Positions 1 through 11,337 of a stretch of DNA of 64,000 nucleotides are shown here, piece by piece. Under the pieces are notes generated by a model. The model searched no databases. It saw only the letters and a program-made list of their open reading frames with translations, and was not told the DNA's origin. The stretch's first letter is position 1. Each line of letters opens with the position of its first letter. The stretch covers positions 896,001 to 960,000 of the forward strand of contig CAWHAZ010000005.1 of NCBI GenBank assembly GCA_963827475.1, in the 5' to 3' direction. The DNA is from an uncultured Chloroflexia bacterium (lineage in GTDB: Bacteria; Chloroflexota; Limnocylindria; QHBO01). The translations under genes and the position numbers were made by a program.

Positions 1-278
1 CGGTGGCGATCGTTCCGGTCCGCGCCAGGTCGCCAGAATCGACGATCACCGCCACGTCCGGCTCGAACCCGGGCACGCTGGCGCACGTCCGCCACGCCGG
101 GCAGGAATTGGAGGTAGGACGGGACGGGGTCCGCCATCACCACCTCGGTCGGGATACCGAGCCGCTCCCCCACCTTCCGGATGGCGAGCGCGGCCCCCAG
201 GGTGTCCGCGTCGGGATTCTCATGACCGATGACCGTGAGCCGCTGCGCCCCGCGGATGGCGTCGACGACCTCCTTCAC
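1..278 (-). CDS. nrnA: DHH-family phosphoesterase (NrnA-like), N-terminal part; runs off the window, apparent frameshift near 80
   Basis: Manual translation from GTG at 278 (GTGA overlap with rbfA stop): MKEVVDAIRGAQRLTVIGHENPDADTLGAALA, i.e. the DHH motif HxxPDxD; VIVDSG follows in another frame. Confidence 0.8.
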   Translation of the reverse strand, partial: MKEVVDAIRGAQRLTVIGHENPDADTLGAALAIRKVGERLGIPTEVVMADPVPSYLQFLPGVADVRQRARVRAGRGGDRRFWRPGADRNDRH

Positions 279-631
279 TCCTCGTCGTCCTCGTCCGCAT
301 CCAGGTCGTGCAGGATGCGCAGCACGTTGTCCCCGCTGGCGATGGAATCGTCGAAGCGGAACTCGAGGCGCGGGACCTTCCGGATGGTGAGCCTCTCGCC
401 CAGCCGGTGCCGAAGCCAACCCGCGGCATCGGTCAGCGCTTTGATCGTCGTCCCCGAGTCCGCTTCTGGGCCGTACACGGACACCCACACCTGCGCCAGG
501 GTCAGGTCGGGAGTGGTGTGGACCCGGGTGACGGTCGCGAAGCCGATGCGCGGATCGGCCATGTCTCGCTGGAAGATCTGCATCAGCTCGGCCCGGATCT
601 GGCTGTCGAGCCGATCGGTGCGCTGGCTCAG
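275..631 (-). CDS. rbfA: Ribosome-binding factor A (probable CTG start)
   Basis: SQRTDR...DPRIGFATVTRV...LRHRLGERLTIRKVPRLEFRFDDS; directly downstream of infB. Confidence 0.93.
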   Translation of the reverse strand: MSQRTDRLDSQIRAELMQIFQRDMADPRIGFATVTRVHTTPDLTLAQVWVSVYGPEADSGTTIKALTDAAGWLRHRLGERLTIRKVPRLEFRFDDSIASGDNVLRILHDLDADEDDEE

Positions 632-2515
632 GCGGAACCCTCCGACACCATCTGGAAGCACTCGATGACGTCGCCTTCGGCGAACTCCGGCGATCCGGCA
701 AGGCCGATGCCGCACTCGAAGCCCGAGGCCACTTCGCGGACGTCGTCCTTGAACCGACGCAGTGACTCGATCCGTGACTCGACGACGAGCTGCCCGCCGC
801 GCATGAGCCGGGCCTGCCCACCGCGGACCATCTTTCCGTCGACGACATAGGAGCCGGCGATGGTGCCGGCCTTGCCCGCCTTGATCAGCTGCCGGACCTC
901 CGCGTGGCCCTCGATCTGCTCGATCAGCTTCGGGGTCAGCAGGCCCTGCAGCGCGAGCTGGATGTCATCGGTCAGCTTGTAGATGACCTCGTACAGGCGG
1001 ACGTCCACCCCGGAGGCCTCGACCGCGCGCTCGGCGCCGGGATCGAGCTTGGTGTTGAAGCCGACGACCACCGCCTGGGAGGCGGCCGCGAGCAGGACGT
1101 CAGACTCGTTGATGTCGCCCGCCCCCTCGCTGAGGATGTTGATCCGGGTCTCGGTCGTGCTCAGGTTGTCGAGCGCATGGCGGATGGCGCCGAGCGAGCC
1201 CTGGACGTCGGTCTTGAGGATGACCCGCAGCTCCTGGACCTCCGAAGACTGGATCTGGGCGCTGAGCTCCTCGAGGCTGGCGGCGCCGGAGCTGGCGGCG
1301 TGGCGCTCCACGGCCTCGGCCGCGTCGCGGGCGGCCTTCTCGTCGGCAACGACCCGCAGCAGGTCGCCGGCCTCCGGCAGGTCCTGGAGGCCGAGGATCT
1401 CGACCGCGGTCGCCGGCTCGGCGGTCTTGACCCGCCGTCCTGCTGCCGTGACGAGGGCGCGCACCCGACCGAAGGTCTTGCCCACGGTCACGATGTCGCC
1501 GACCTTCAGCGTGCCGGTCTGGACCAGGACGGTGGCCACGTTGCCACGGCCCTTGTCGACCTTCGACTCGATGATCGTGCCGTACGCCTCGCGGTCGGGG
1601 TTGGCCTTCAGGTCCTGGAGGTCGGCCACCAGGCCAATGACCTCGAGCAGGTCATCGAGCCCGATCCGCTGCTTGGCGGAGACGGCTACCGACGGGATGT
1701 CGCCGCCGAACTCCTCGATCAGCACCCCGTTGTCGGCCAGCTCCTGCTTCACGCGGTCCGGGTTGGCATCGGGCTTGTCGATCTTGTTGATGGCGATGAT
1801 GAGAGGGACGCGGGCGGCGCGGACGTGGTCGATGGCCTCCTTGGTCTGGGGCATGACGCCGTCGTCGGCGGCGACCACGATGATCGCGATGTCGGTGACC
1901 TGCGCGCCACGTGCCCGCATGGCGGTGAACGCTTCGTGTCCGGGTGTGTCGAGGAAGACGATCCGCCGGTCGCCATGAACCGCCTCCGAGGCACCGATGT
2001 GCTGCGTGATCCCGCCGGATTCCCGTGACGCCACGGCCGTGTCGCGGATGGCGTCCAGCAGGCTCGTCTTGCCGTGGTCGACGTGGCCCATGATCGTGAC
2101 GATCGGGGCTCGGGTGACGAGGTTCGCGGGGTCATCCTCGCCCCACGGCGTGACCCGCACGCCGTCGTCCCCGATTGCTCCCGGCGCGACCAGGGCCGGC
2201 GCCGGCGCCTCGCCGTCAGCCGCGCCCTTGGCGACGAGCTCCATGCCCATCTCCGCCGCGACCAGGGACGCGGTGTCGTAGTCGATCGACTGGTTGATGG
2301 TGGCGAAGATCCCGTTCCGGATCAGCTCGCTGATCACGGCCGCGGTGCTGACGCCGAGGGCCGCGGCCAGGTCCTGGACGACGACGGTCTGGCCGACCTC
2401 CACCGGCCCGGTCGGGCGCGGCAGCGTGGCGGTCTCGGCGGCCGCGCTGCGCGGCCTCCCGCCGCTTCGGCGGCCGCGGCCCGCGGCGATTCTGGGTGTA
2501 CCTACGCGGAGGCAT
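628..2515 (-). CDS. infB: Translation initiation factor IF-2; start uncertain, ATG 2515 needs a frameshift near 2450
   Basis: [33 protein letters not shown]. Confidence 0.97.
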
Positions 2516-2747
2516 GGGTCACTCCGATGCCGAGCGCGCGGGCAATCGCCTTCTCGCGGGCTGGGTTGGCCTGGCAGGCGGGGTCCGCGCACACGTACGT
2601 GCCCCGGCCCGGCAGCCGGCCGCTGGCGTCCATCACCGCCTCGCCGTCCGCGGTGCGAACGACGCGCTGCATCTCCCGCTTCGGGCGCACGGTCCGGCAG
2701 ACCGCGCAGGTGCGCTGCGGCTGGTGATCAGGCCGGCGTTTCGGCAT
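2502..2747 (-). CDS. ylxR: YlxR/DUF448 family protein (RnpM)
   Basis: PQRTCAVCR...GRGTYVC; between nusA and infB. Confidence 0.9.
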   Translation of the reverse strand: MPKRRPDHQPQRTCAVCRTVRPKREMQRVVRTADGEAVMDASGRLPGRGTYVCADPACQANPAREKAIARALGIGVTHASA

Positions 2748-3888
2748 CTTGCACGGCCTCCTCGACGCCAGCCTCGGCGCCGTCTTCGGCGCCATCCGCC
2801 GATGTATGCGCGCTGCGGGTGCCACCGGCCCCGGCCGCCGCCACGCCCGCGTCAGAACGGATGTCGATCCGCCAGCCGGTGAGCTTGGCCGCCAGCCGCG
2901 CGTTCTGGCCCTCGCGGCCGATGGCCAGCGACAGCTGGCGCTCGGGGACGATGACGTTGGCGATGCGGTGCTCCTCGTCGATGCGGACCTCGATGACCTC
3001 TGCCGGCGAGAGCGCCTCCGCCACGAACTGCGACGGATCCTCGTTCCACAGCACGACGTCGACCTTCTCCCCATTCAGCTCGGCGACGATCGCCTGGATC
3101 CGCGTCCCCCGCTGGCCGACGGCCGCGCCCTTGGCATCGACGCCGGGCTGGCGGGATTCGACCGCGACCTTCGAGCGGCTGCCGGCCTCGCGAGCGATGC
3201 CGCGGATGACGACCGACCCGTTGTAGATCTCGGGGATCTCCATCTCCATCAGGCGGCGCAGGAATCCGCGATGGGTGCGACTGACGACGAGTACCGGACC
3301 ACGCGTCGTCCGACGCACCTCGAGCACGAAGACCTTCAGGTGCTGACCGATGCGGTAGTGCTCCCCCGGCAGCTGTTCGCTGACCGAGAGCACCGCCTCC
3401 ACGCCGCGGCTCATGTCGAGCACGACCGCGGACTCGGTGGTGCGGGTCACGACCCCGGTCAGGATCTCCCCCTCTCGGCTCACGTACTGGTGGTAGACGA
3501 CGTCGCGCTCCGCCTCGCGGAGACGCTGGCGGTAGACCTGACCGGCGGTCTGGGCCGCGATCCGGCCGAGCTGGGCCTGGGTGACGTTCTCCGGCACGCG
3601 GACGCGGCCGCCGACCCCGACCCCCTCCTCGATCTCGACGGCTTCCGCGACCGTCTTCTGGAGCTCGGGGTCTTCCACTTCCTCGGCCCCGGCGACGACC
3701 TCGTACTCGCGGAAGACGCTGATCTCCCCGGTCTCCGGGTCGATCTTGACCACGACGTTCTCCGGCGCCTCGGCATTTCGTCGGTATGCCGATTCGATCG
3801 CCTGCTCGAGGGTCTGGAGCAGGATCTCCTGGGGAACGCCCTTCTCGGCGTTGAGCTGCAGCAGGGCGCCAATGAAGTCGCGGTTCAC
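2728..3888 (-). CDS. nusA: Transcription termination/antitermination factor NusA
   Basis: GRIAAQTA, S1/KH domains, AREAGSRSKVAV, SLAIGREGQNARLAAKLTGWRIDI; GGAGGTG RBS before GTG. Confidence 0.97.
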   Translation of the reverse strand: MNRDFIGALLQLNAEKGVPQEILLQTLEQAIESAYRRNAEAPENVVVKIDPETGEISVFREYEVVAGAEEVEDPELQKTVAEAVEIEEGVGVGGRVRVPENVTQAQLGRIAAQTAGQVYRQRLREAERDVVYHQYVSREGEILTGVVTRTTESAVVLDMSRGVEAVLSVSEQLPGEHYRIGQHLKVFVLEVRRTTRGPVLVVSRTHRGFLRRLMEMEIPEIYNGSVVIRGIAREAGSRSKVAVESRQPGVDAKGAAVGQRGTRIQAIVAELNGEKVDVVLWNEDPSQFVAEALSPAEVIEVRIDEEHRIANVIVPERQLSLAIGREGQNARLAAKLTGWRIDIRSDAGVAAAGAGGTRSAHTSADGAEDGAEAGVEEAVQDAETPA

Positions 3889-3917
3889 GCTGGCACCTCC
3901 CTGCCGGATCAATAACA

Positions 3918-3947
3918 GAACGTGGGTTGGCAGACCGACCCACGTTC
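3918..3947 (-). promoter_or_regulatory. Leader hairpin upstream of nusA (possible attenuator)
   Basis: Perfect 10-bp inverted repeat GAACGTGGGT/ACCCACGTTC followed on minus strand by TGTTATT. Confidence 0.6.
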
Positions 3948-3999
3948 CGAGTTCAAGTGCCTATCGGTTTGGCCCGCACCGGTCGCTAGACCGTTTCGG

Positions 4000-4008
4000 A
4001 GTATATCA
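4000..4008 (-). promoter_or_regulatory. Extended -10 promoter for nusA operon
   Basis: TGATATACT on minus strand. Confidence 0.6.
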
Positions 4009-4083
4009 GCGACCCCCGAAACCGCCAATTCCCCGCCTCGTTCGGCCGCTCCGGCACGGGCGGGGGCCCTGTGGCGTGCCGGC

Positions 4084-4644
4084 TCAGCCGGTCGAGCGCC
4101 TGGAGAAGAGCAGCCCGACGACCCCTACCAAACCTGCGAACGCGATCAGACCGACACCGCCCTGGAAATCGCCACCGAAGCTGGCCAGGATTCCCAAGAG
4201 ACCGATGAGGGCGGCACATCCGATGAAGCAACCGGTCCGGGCCTTGGTGGCGCCGGCGGGCGATAGCCCCGTCGTGAGGGCCCCGCATCGCCGGCACTCG
4301 TACCCGCCCTTCGTCGGGCTCCACCACTGCGCGAACAGGGGGCTCCCGCAGTGCTGGCAGACGGTGGGCGGCTGCGGGACTCCCGGTGATGGCGCGTCCG
4401 CGGGCGACCGAGGCCATGCGGTGCTGGCTTGGGCGGCGGGTGGAGGGAGCGGGACGGACGTCGGGATGGCATCGGGAATCGGTACGGCGTCCGCCTGGGC
4501 GGGCTCGTCGTCTTCGAGGACGGTGAACGCGGCGGCCGATGGGGCGTCGGCGGCGCGCGCCAGCCCGCAATTCGGGCACGCTTCGACGGAATCGTCTGCC
4601 GAGGTGAAGCAGCGCTTGCAGATCCATCGTCCCGGCGCGGCCAT
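4084..4644 (-). CDS. Hypothetical double zinc-ribbon membrane protein
   Basis: WICKRC-x10-CPNC, Pro/Ala linker, CQHC...CRRC, two C-terminal hydrophobic helices. Confidence 0.65.
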   Translation of the reverse strand: MAAPGRWICKRCFTSADDSVEACPNCGLARAADAPSAAAFTVLEDDEPAQADAVPIPDAIPTSVPLPPPAAQASTAWPRSPADAPSPGVPQPPTVCQHCGSPLFAQWWSPTKGGYECRRCGALTTGLSPAGATKARTGCFIGCAALIGLLGILASFGGDFQGGVGLIAFAGLVGVVGLLFSRRSTG

Positions 4645-4760
4645 CAGGGCAAACGCCGGGCGTCTAGAGCTGCCGGAACCGGGTCACGTCGACGGTCACA
4701 GGCTGCAGTCTGCGCCGGCGGTACCGCGCAGCGGACCAGGAAATCGCCGGTCAGCGCAGC

Positions 4761-4856
4761 CTATGACAGGGCGGAGGACAGGGATAAGACCACGTAGACC
4801 ATGACCCCGATCAGGATCGCCAACCCAATGGCGCCGAAAAGCAGGCGAGCCGCCAA
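4761..4856 (-). CDS. Small single-TM membrane protein (31 aa; alternative GTG start at 4868)
   Basis: AGGGAGGTGA RBS, TTG start, MAARLLFGAIGLAILIGVMVYVVLSLSSALS*; below ORF-track cutoff. Confidence 0.5.
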   Translation of the reverse strand: MAARLLFGAIGLAILIGVMVYVVLSLSSALS

Positions 4857-5123
4857 CTGACCGCTCACCTCCCTGGCAGGCGGGCGATGTCCCGGATCGA
4901 GATCAGTACCACGCACCCTCAGGATACCGATTCGAGCGTGCAGAACGTTCCCTGGCGTCCACGTTCACCCGGAAATCGATCCGCCAAGGGGTCCAGATTG
5001 GGTTACAGGGCGGGCTGCGCAGGGCACCGCATGGTCCTATTTTCGAGGCCGCCGCACTAGGCCAGTATGCGACTCCTTCCTATCGAGGGAAGTCCCGAAA
5101 GGGAGGTAAGAAGGAGGAATCTG

Positions 5124-5357
5124 ATGGTTAAATATGGTCCGATGGGATGGGTGATGGTGACGGTCGGCGTCTTCCTCGTCGTCCTTGGCCTCGTGCTGGG
5201 CGGGGCTACGTGGAACACCACCATTCTCATTGCCGTCCTTGGAATCGTTCTCGTCGGGGTCGGAGCGGTGATGGCAATCCGCGCTCGACGCCAGAGTCCG
5301 CCGGCGGCTGAGGGCGAGTCAGGTGCGACCGATTCCGCTAGCAGCAGCGGCGAGTAG
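5124..5357 (+). CDS. Small two-TM membrane protein (77 aa)
   Basis: AAGGAGG RBS at 5111-5117; MVKYGPMGWVMVTVGVFLVVLGLVLGG...LIAVLGIVLVGVGAVMAIRARR. Confidence 0.7.
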   Translation: MVKYGPMGWVMVTVGVFLVVLGLVLGGATWNTTILIAVLGIVLVGVGAVMAIRARRQSPPAAEGESGATDSASSSGE

Positions 5358-5507
5358 AGCCGGCTCCCGACGCCCACCTCGGCTACCGCGGGTCCCGAGA
5401 GGTCGAATCGCCGCGAGCCCGGCGGCAGGAGCAGTCCGACGGAGGGCCTCAGGCCGGGGGGCGGGGCAGTGTACGGCCCGCCGAGTGGAGGCGCTCTCGT
5501 GCTCAGA

Positions 5508-6632
5508 TCAGGAGCCGGGCAGCCTCGCGATGTCCTGGATCGAGATCAGGATGACGAGGGCGATGAGGACCACGAAGCCTGTGAAGTAGATCAGGGCCTC
5601 GCGCTCGGCGGAGAGCTTGCGGCGGCGGATGGCCTCGATCAGCACGATCAGGACACGGCCACCGTCGAGCGGTGGGAATGGCAGCACGTTCAGCACGGCC
5701 AGGTTGATCGAGAGCAGGCCGACGAAGAACAGCTGGCTGACGAGTGGGGCGTCGAGCAGGCGACCGGTCTGCTGCGCGATCCCGATCGGGCCGGCCACGT
5801 CGCCGGTCGGCGGCGCGAGGCCGAGCATGCCGGCAATGGCTCGCACCAGTCCGCCGGGGATCTCGGCGGCGACACGGGCCGCGGTCGAGAAGCCCTGGGC
5901 CAGGGCATCGACCGGTCCATCGGCCAGCGGCGGCCCCATGACCACCTCGGCCGACTCCCATCCGAAACCGACCGCCCCCATTCCGGCCTGCTGCTGCTCC
6001 TCGGTGAGCACCCGTGGGGTCACTTCGACGTCGATCTGCTCCGTGCCGCGGGTCACCTGGAGGGTGACCGGCTCACCGGCCTGATCGCGGACGTACTCAG
6101 TCAGTTCGGCCGAGAGCTCGAACGTGCGGCCATCGGCTCCGGTGATCACGTCGCCCTCGAAGAGCAGCCCTTCGCCGGGGCTGTCCGCCTGGATGGAGGT
6201 GATCGTCACCGGGCCGTGGTACTCCGGCGTGGGCTGGGCGTAGGCCATCGCGAACAGGAGCCCGCCGACCACGAAGTTCATCAGCACCCCGGCCAGGAGC
6301 ACCGCCAGGCGAACCGGGATCCGGCGCCGGCTGAGGGCGCCATCCATGACCTTCTCGATGGCGGTGTCGGACAGGCCGCGCTCGCGGAGGCGCTCGACCT
6401 CGATCTCGCCATCCTCGCCGAGCATCTTCACGAAGCCGCCGAGCGGGATCGCGTTCAGGGAGTAGCGGGTTCCCCGGAAGACGACCGAGGCGATGCGCGG
6501 CGGGAACCCGACCCCGAACTCCTGGACGGCCACGCCCGACCACTTGGCGACCGCGAAGTGGCCAAGTTCGTGGACGAGCACGAGGATGACGATGATCGCG
6601 AGGAAGGCGACGATGGTGAGCAGGACGTCCAT
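5508..6632 (-). CDS. rseP: RseP-like M50 intramembrane metalloprotease with PDZ domain
   Basis: HELGH, IPLGGFVKM, NVLPFPPLDGG. Confidence 0.95.
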   Translation of the reverse strand: MDVLLTIVAFLAIIVILVLVHELGHFAVAKWSGVAVQEFGVGFPPRIASVVFRGTRYSLNAIPLGGFVKMLGEDGEIEVERLRERGLSDTAIEKVMDGALSRRRIPVRLAVLLAGVLMNFVVGGLLFAMAYAQPTPEYHGPVTITSIQADSPGEGLLFEGDVITGADGRTFELSAELTEYVRDQAGEPVTLQVTRGTEQIDVEVTPRVLTEEQQQAGMGAVGFGWESAEVVMGPPLADGPVDALAQGFSTAARVAAEIPGGLVRAIAGMLGLAPPTGDVAGPIGIAQQTGRLLDAPLVSQLFFVGLLSINLAVLNVLPFPPLDGGRVLIVLIEAIRRRKLSAEREALIYFTGFVVLIALVILISIQDIARLPGS

Positions 6633-7780
6633 CAGGCAGCCTCACCGATGCCGAGCTCGCCCTCGAGCGAACCGCGCACCTCCGCGTCAAGAGCGGCGAT
6701 CTCTTCCAGGCCGGGCTCGGCGTCGCTCCCCCATCGCCCGACCGCATGCTCGATGGTGGTCGCGATTCCCGGGAACGGGAGCGCACCGATCAGGAACGCG
6801 GAAATGGCCACTTCATCGGCCGCATTGAGCACCGTCCCGCGGTTGCCACCGGCCTCGGCGGCGGCGCGGACCGTGGCGTACGCCGGGAAGCGAGCCGGGA
6901 CCAGCGGAGCGAAGGTCAGCGGCTGCCAGTCCTCGGGCGCGGCGATCCGCGCGGGGCTCGGATGCCGTTCGGGGTACGACAGCGCGTACTGGATCGGGAG
7001 CCGCATGTCGGGCATGCCGAGCTGGGCCTTGAACGAGCCATCGACGAACTCCACCAGGGAGTGGACGATGCTGCCGGGGTGGAGCACGGCGTCGATTCTA
7101 GGGTAGGGCAGGTCGTACAGCCATTTGGCCTCGATGGCCTCGAACGCCTTGTTGACCAGGGTGGCGGAGTCGATCGTGATCTTTGGTCCCATCTGCCATG
7201 TCGGGTGGGCCAGGGCGTCGGCCGGCGTGACGTCCGCCAGCGTCGCGGGGTCCCGGTCGCGGAACGGGCCGCCGCTGGCGGTGAGGATCAGACGCGCAAC
7301 GTCCTCGATTCGTTCCCCGCGCAGGCATTGCCAGATGGCCGAGTGCTCGCTGTCGACCGGCCGCAGCCAATCCAGCGCGTCGTTCGTATCCGCGGGCAGG
7401 GCCGCGCGGACGAGGTGCCCGCCGGTGACCAGCGCCTCCTTGTTGGCGAGCGCCACCCGGCGTCCGGCGCGCAGCGCGGCGAGCACGGCGGGGAGGGCGG
7501 TCATTCCCGTGGTCGCCACGACCACGATGTCCACCCCGTCGGCCGTGGCCAGCTCCTCCAGGCCGCCGTTCGCCCAGCGAGCCCATTCCAGGTCCGGAAT
7601 GAGCCCCTCCGCGGCCCAGACCGATGTCTCCGGCCACTCCCGGACCTGCGCTTCGAACGCGTCGCCGGCGTGCCCCGCCGCGAGGGCGACCAGCCGATAT
7701 CGGTCAGGTGCCGCCCGGATCACCTCCAGGGCCTGGGTTCCAATCGAACCGGTCGAGCCGAGCAGGGCGATCCCGGTCAC
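6632..7780 (-). CDS. dxr: 1-deoxy-D-xylulose-5-phosphate reductoisomerase
   Basis: LLGSTGSIG, LANKE, PVDSEHSAI, LTASGGPF, HPTWQMGPKITIDSAT. Confidence 0.97.
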   Translation of the reverse strand: MTGIALLGSTGSIGTQALEVIRAAPDRYRLVALAAGHAGDAFEAQVREWPETSVWAAEGLIPDLEWARWANGGLEELATADGVDIVVVATTGMTALPAVLAALRAGRRVALANKEALVTGGHLVRAALPADTNDALDWLRPVDSEHSAIWQCLRGERIEDVARLILTASGGPFRDRDPATLADVTPADALAHPTWQMGPKITIDSATLVNKAFEAIEAKWLYDLPYPRIDAVLHPGSIVHSLVEFVDGSFKAQLGMPDMRLPIQYALSYPERHPSPARIAAPEDWQPLTFAPLVPARFPAYATVRAAAEAGGNRGTVLNAADEVAISAFLIGALPFPGIATTIEHAVGRWGSDAEPGLEEIAALDAEVRGSLEGELGIGEAA

Positions 7781-8682
7781 GTCGTGACCCACATGCCCCC
7801 CAACACGACCGCGAAGACGACCAGGACCGGCGCCGCGAACAGCAGCGAGTCGATGCGGTCCAGCACCCCTCCGTGGCCGGGAATGATGTGGCCGGAGTCC
7901 TTTCGTCCGGCGGTTCGCTTCAGCATCGACTTGGCCAGGTCTCCCCGCTGGGCCACGGCGGCGGTGACCGCGCCGAGGACCAGGCCGATGAGCGGGCTGA
8001 GCCCAATGAGCAACCATCCCAGCCCGGCGCTGACCAGGCTCGCCACCACGATCCCGCCGACGTAGCCCTCGACCGTCTTGCCCGGGCTGACCTGGGCGTG
8101 GAGTTTGCGCTTCCCGACCGATCTGCCCACGAAGTACGCCCCGGTGTCGCAGCTCCAGACCAGCCCGAACAGGACGAACAGCCAGCCCGTCCCCGCGGCC
8201 CAGCCGAACTGCCCGAGGGGGGTGTCCGGGTCTCCCCCGAGTGGGCCCAGGTGACCGACCACCGCGAGCATGGGACCGAGCAGGCCGATCCAGGTCACCA
8301 CGAACACGGAGCCCATCCAGGACGACAGCCCGGCCTGGGGATCGGGGTGACGCAGGGCGGCCGCGGAGAGGCCGATGACGGCGAGGACGAGGATGACCAC
8401 CGGCAGGCCGAAGCGGAGGACGTCCGCCGACAACATCCCGCCGGGGTCGATCCCCACTTCGTGGAGGGTCAGCAGCACGGATCCGGCGACCAGGAGGCCG
8501 GCAAGCACTGTGGCCAGACGATGAACCGCGAAGCCGGCGGCCTGGAGCAGATCGGTCGCCTCCCACAGGGCGATGCCCACCACCAGGAATACTCCCAGGG
8601 ACAGCCATGGCTCGCGGAACCAGGCCACCGCCAGGACGAGGGGCCCCAGGACGAGGGCGGAAAGGACGCGAGTTCTCAGCAC
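7777..8682 (-). CDS. cdsA: Phosphatidate cytidylyltransferase
   Basis: DTGAYFVG, SPGKTVEG, KDSGHIIPGHGGVLDRIDS. Confidence 0.95.
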   Translation of the reverse strand: MLRTRVLSALVLGPLVLAVAWFREPWLSLGVFLVVGIALWEATDLLQAAGFAVHRLATVLAGLLVAGSVLLTLHEVGIDPGGMLSADVLRFGLPVVILVLAVIGLSAAALRHPDPQAGLSSWMGSVFVVTWIGLLGPMLAVVGHLGPLGGDPDTPLGQFGWAAGTGWLFVLFGLVWSCDTGAYFVGRSVGKRKLHAQVSPGKTVEGYVGGIVVASLVSAGLGWLLIGLSPLIGLVLGAVTAAVAQRGDLAKSMLKRTAGRKDSGHIIPGHGGVLDRIDSLLFAAPVLVVFAVVLGGMWVTT

Positions 8683-8700
8683 GGCGTGGTCATCGGTCTT

Positions 8701-10697
<1,997 letters not shown>

Positions 10698-10701
<4 letters not shown>

Positions 10702-11336
10702 GCTGCCGGCGACGCCTCTTCCTCGTCGGTCGTGCTCTCCCCCACCGCCATCCGCGCGAAGCGAGCGACCCGGATGTTCTCGCCGAGGGTGGCGATCTTG
10801 TCGGTGATGAGCTCCCCGATACGCCGATCCGTGTCGCGGTACGGCAGCTCGAGGAGGCACACCGACTCGAACCACTTGTCGAGCTTGCCCTGGACGATGT
10901 CCTCGACCCGATCCGCCGGCTTGCCGCTGGCCGCCGCCTCGTCGGCGAACTTCGCACGCTGCTCGGCGACCGTGTCGGCGGGCACGTCCTCGCGCGCGAC
11001 CCACTTCGGGGAGAGCCCGGCGACCTGCATCGCGAGCTCGCGGGCAAGCTGCTGGAAGTCGTCGGTGCGGGCCACGAAATCGGTCTCGCAGTTGAGCTCG
11101 AGCAGGACGCCGAGTCGCGAGCCGTGGTGGATGTACGACGCGATCACGCCCTCGCGGGCCTCGCGGCTCGCCTTGTCCCGGGCCGTCGCGAGACCCTGCT
11201 CGCGCAGGTAGGCGACCGCCGCCTCGACGTCGCCGCCGGAGGCCTCCAGGGCACGCTTGCAGTCCATCACTCCCGCGCCCGTGCGGTCGCGGAGAGCCTT
11301 GATCTCAGCCGGGCTGATCATCGGGGTGGTGCCCAT
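10698..11336 (-). CDS. tsf: Elongation factor Ts (short form)
   Basis: IKALRDRTGAGVMDCKRAL, ELNCETDFVA, GENIRVARFAR. Confidence 0.96.
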
Positions 11337-11337
11337 G

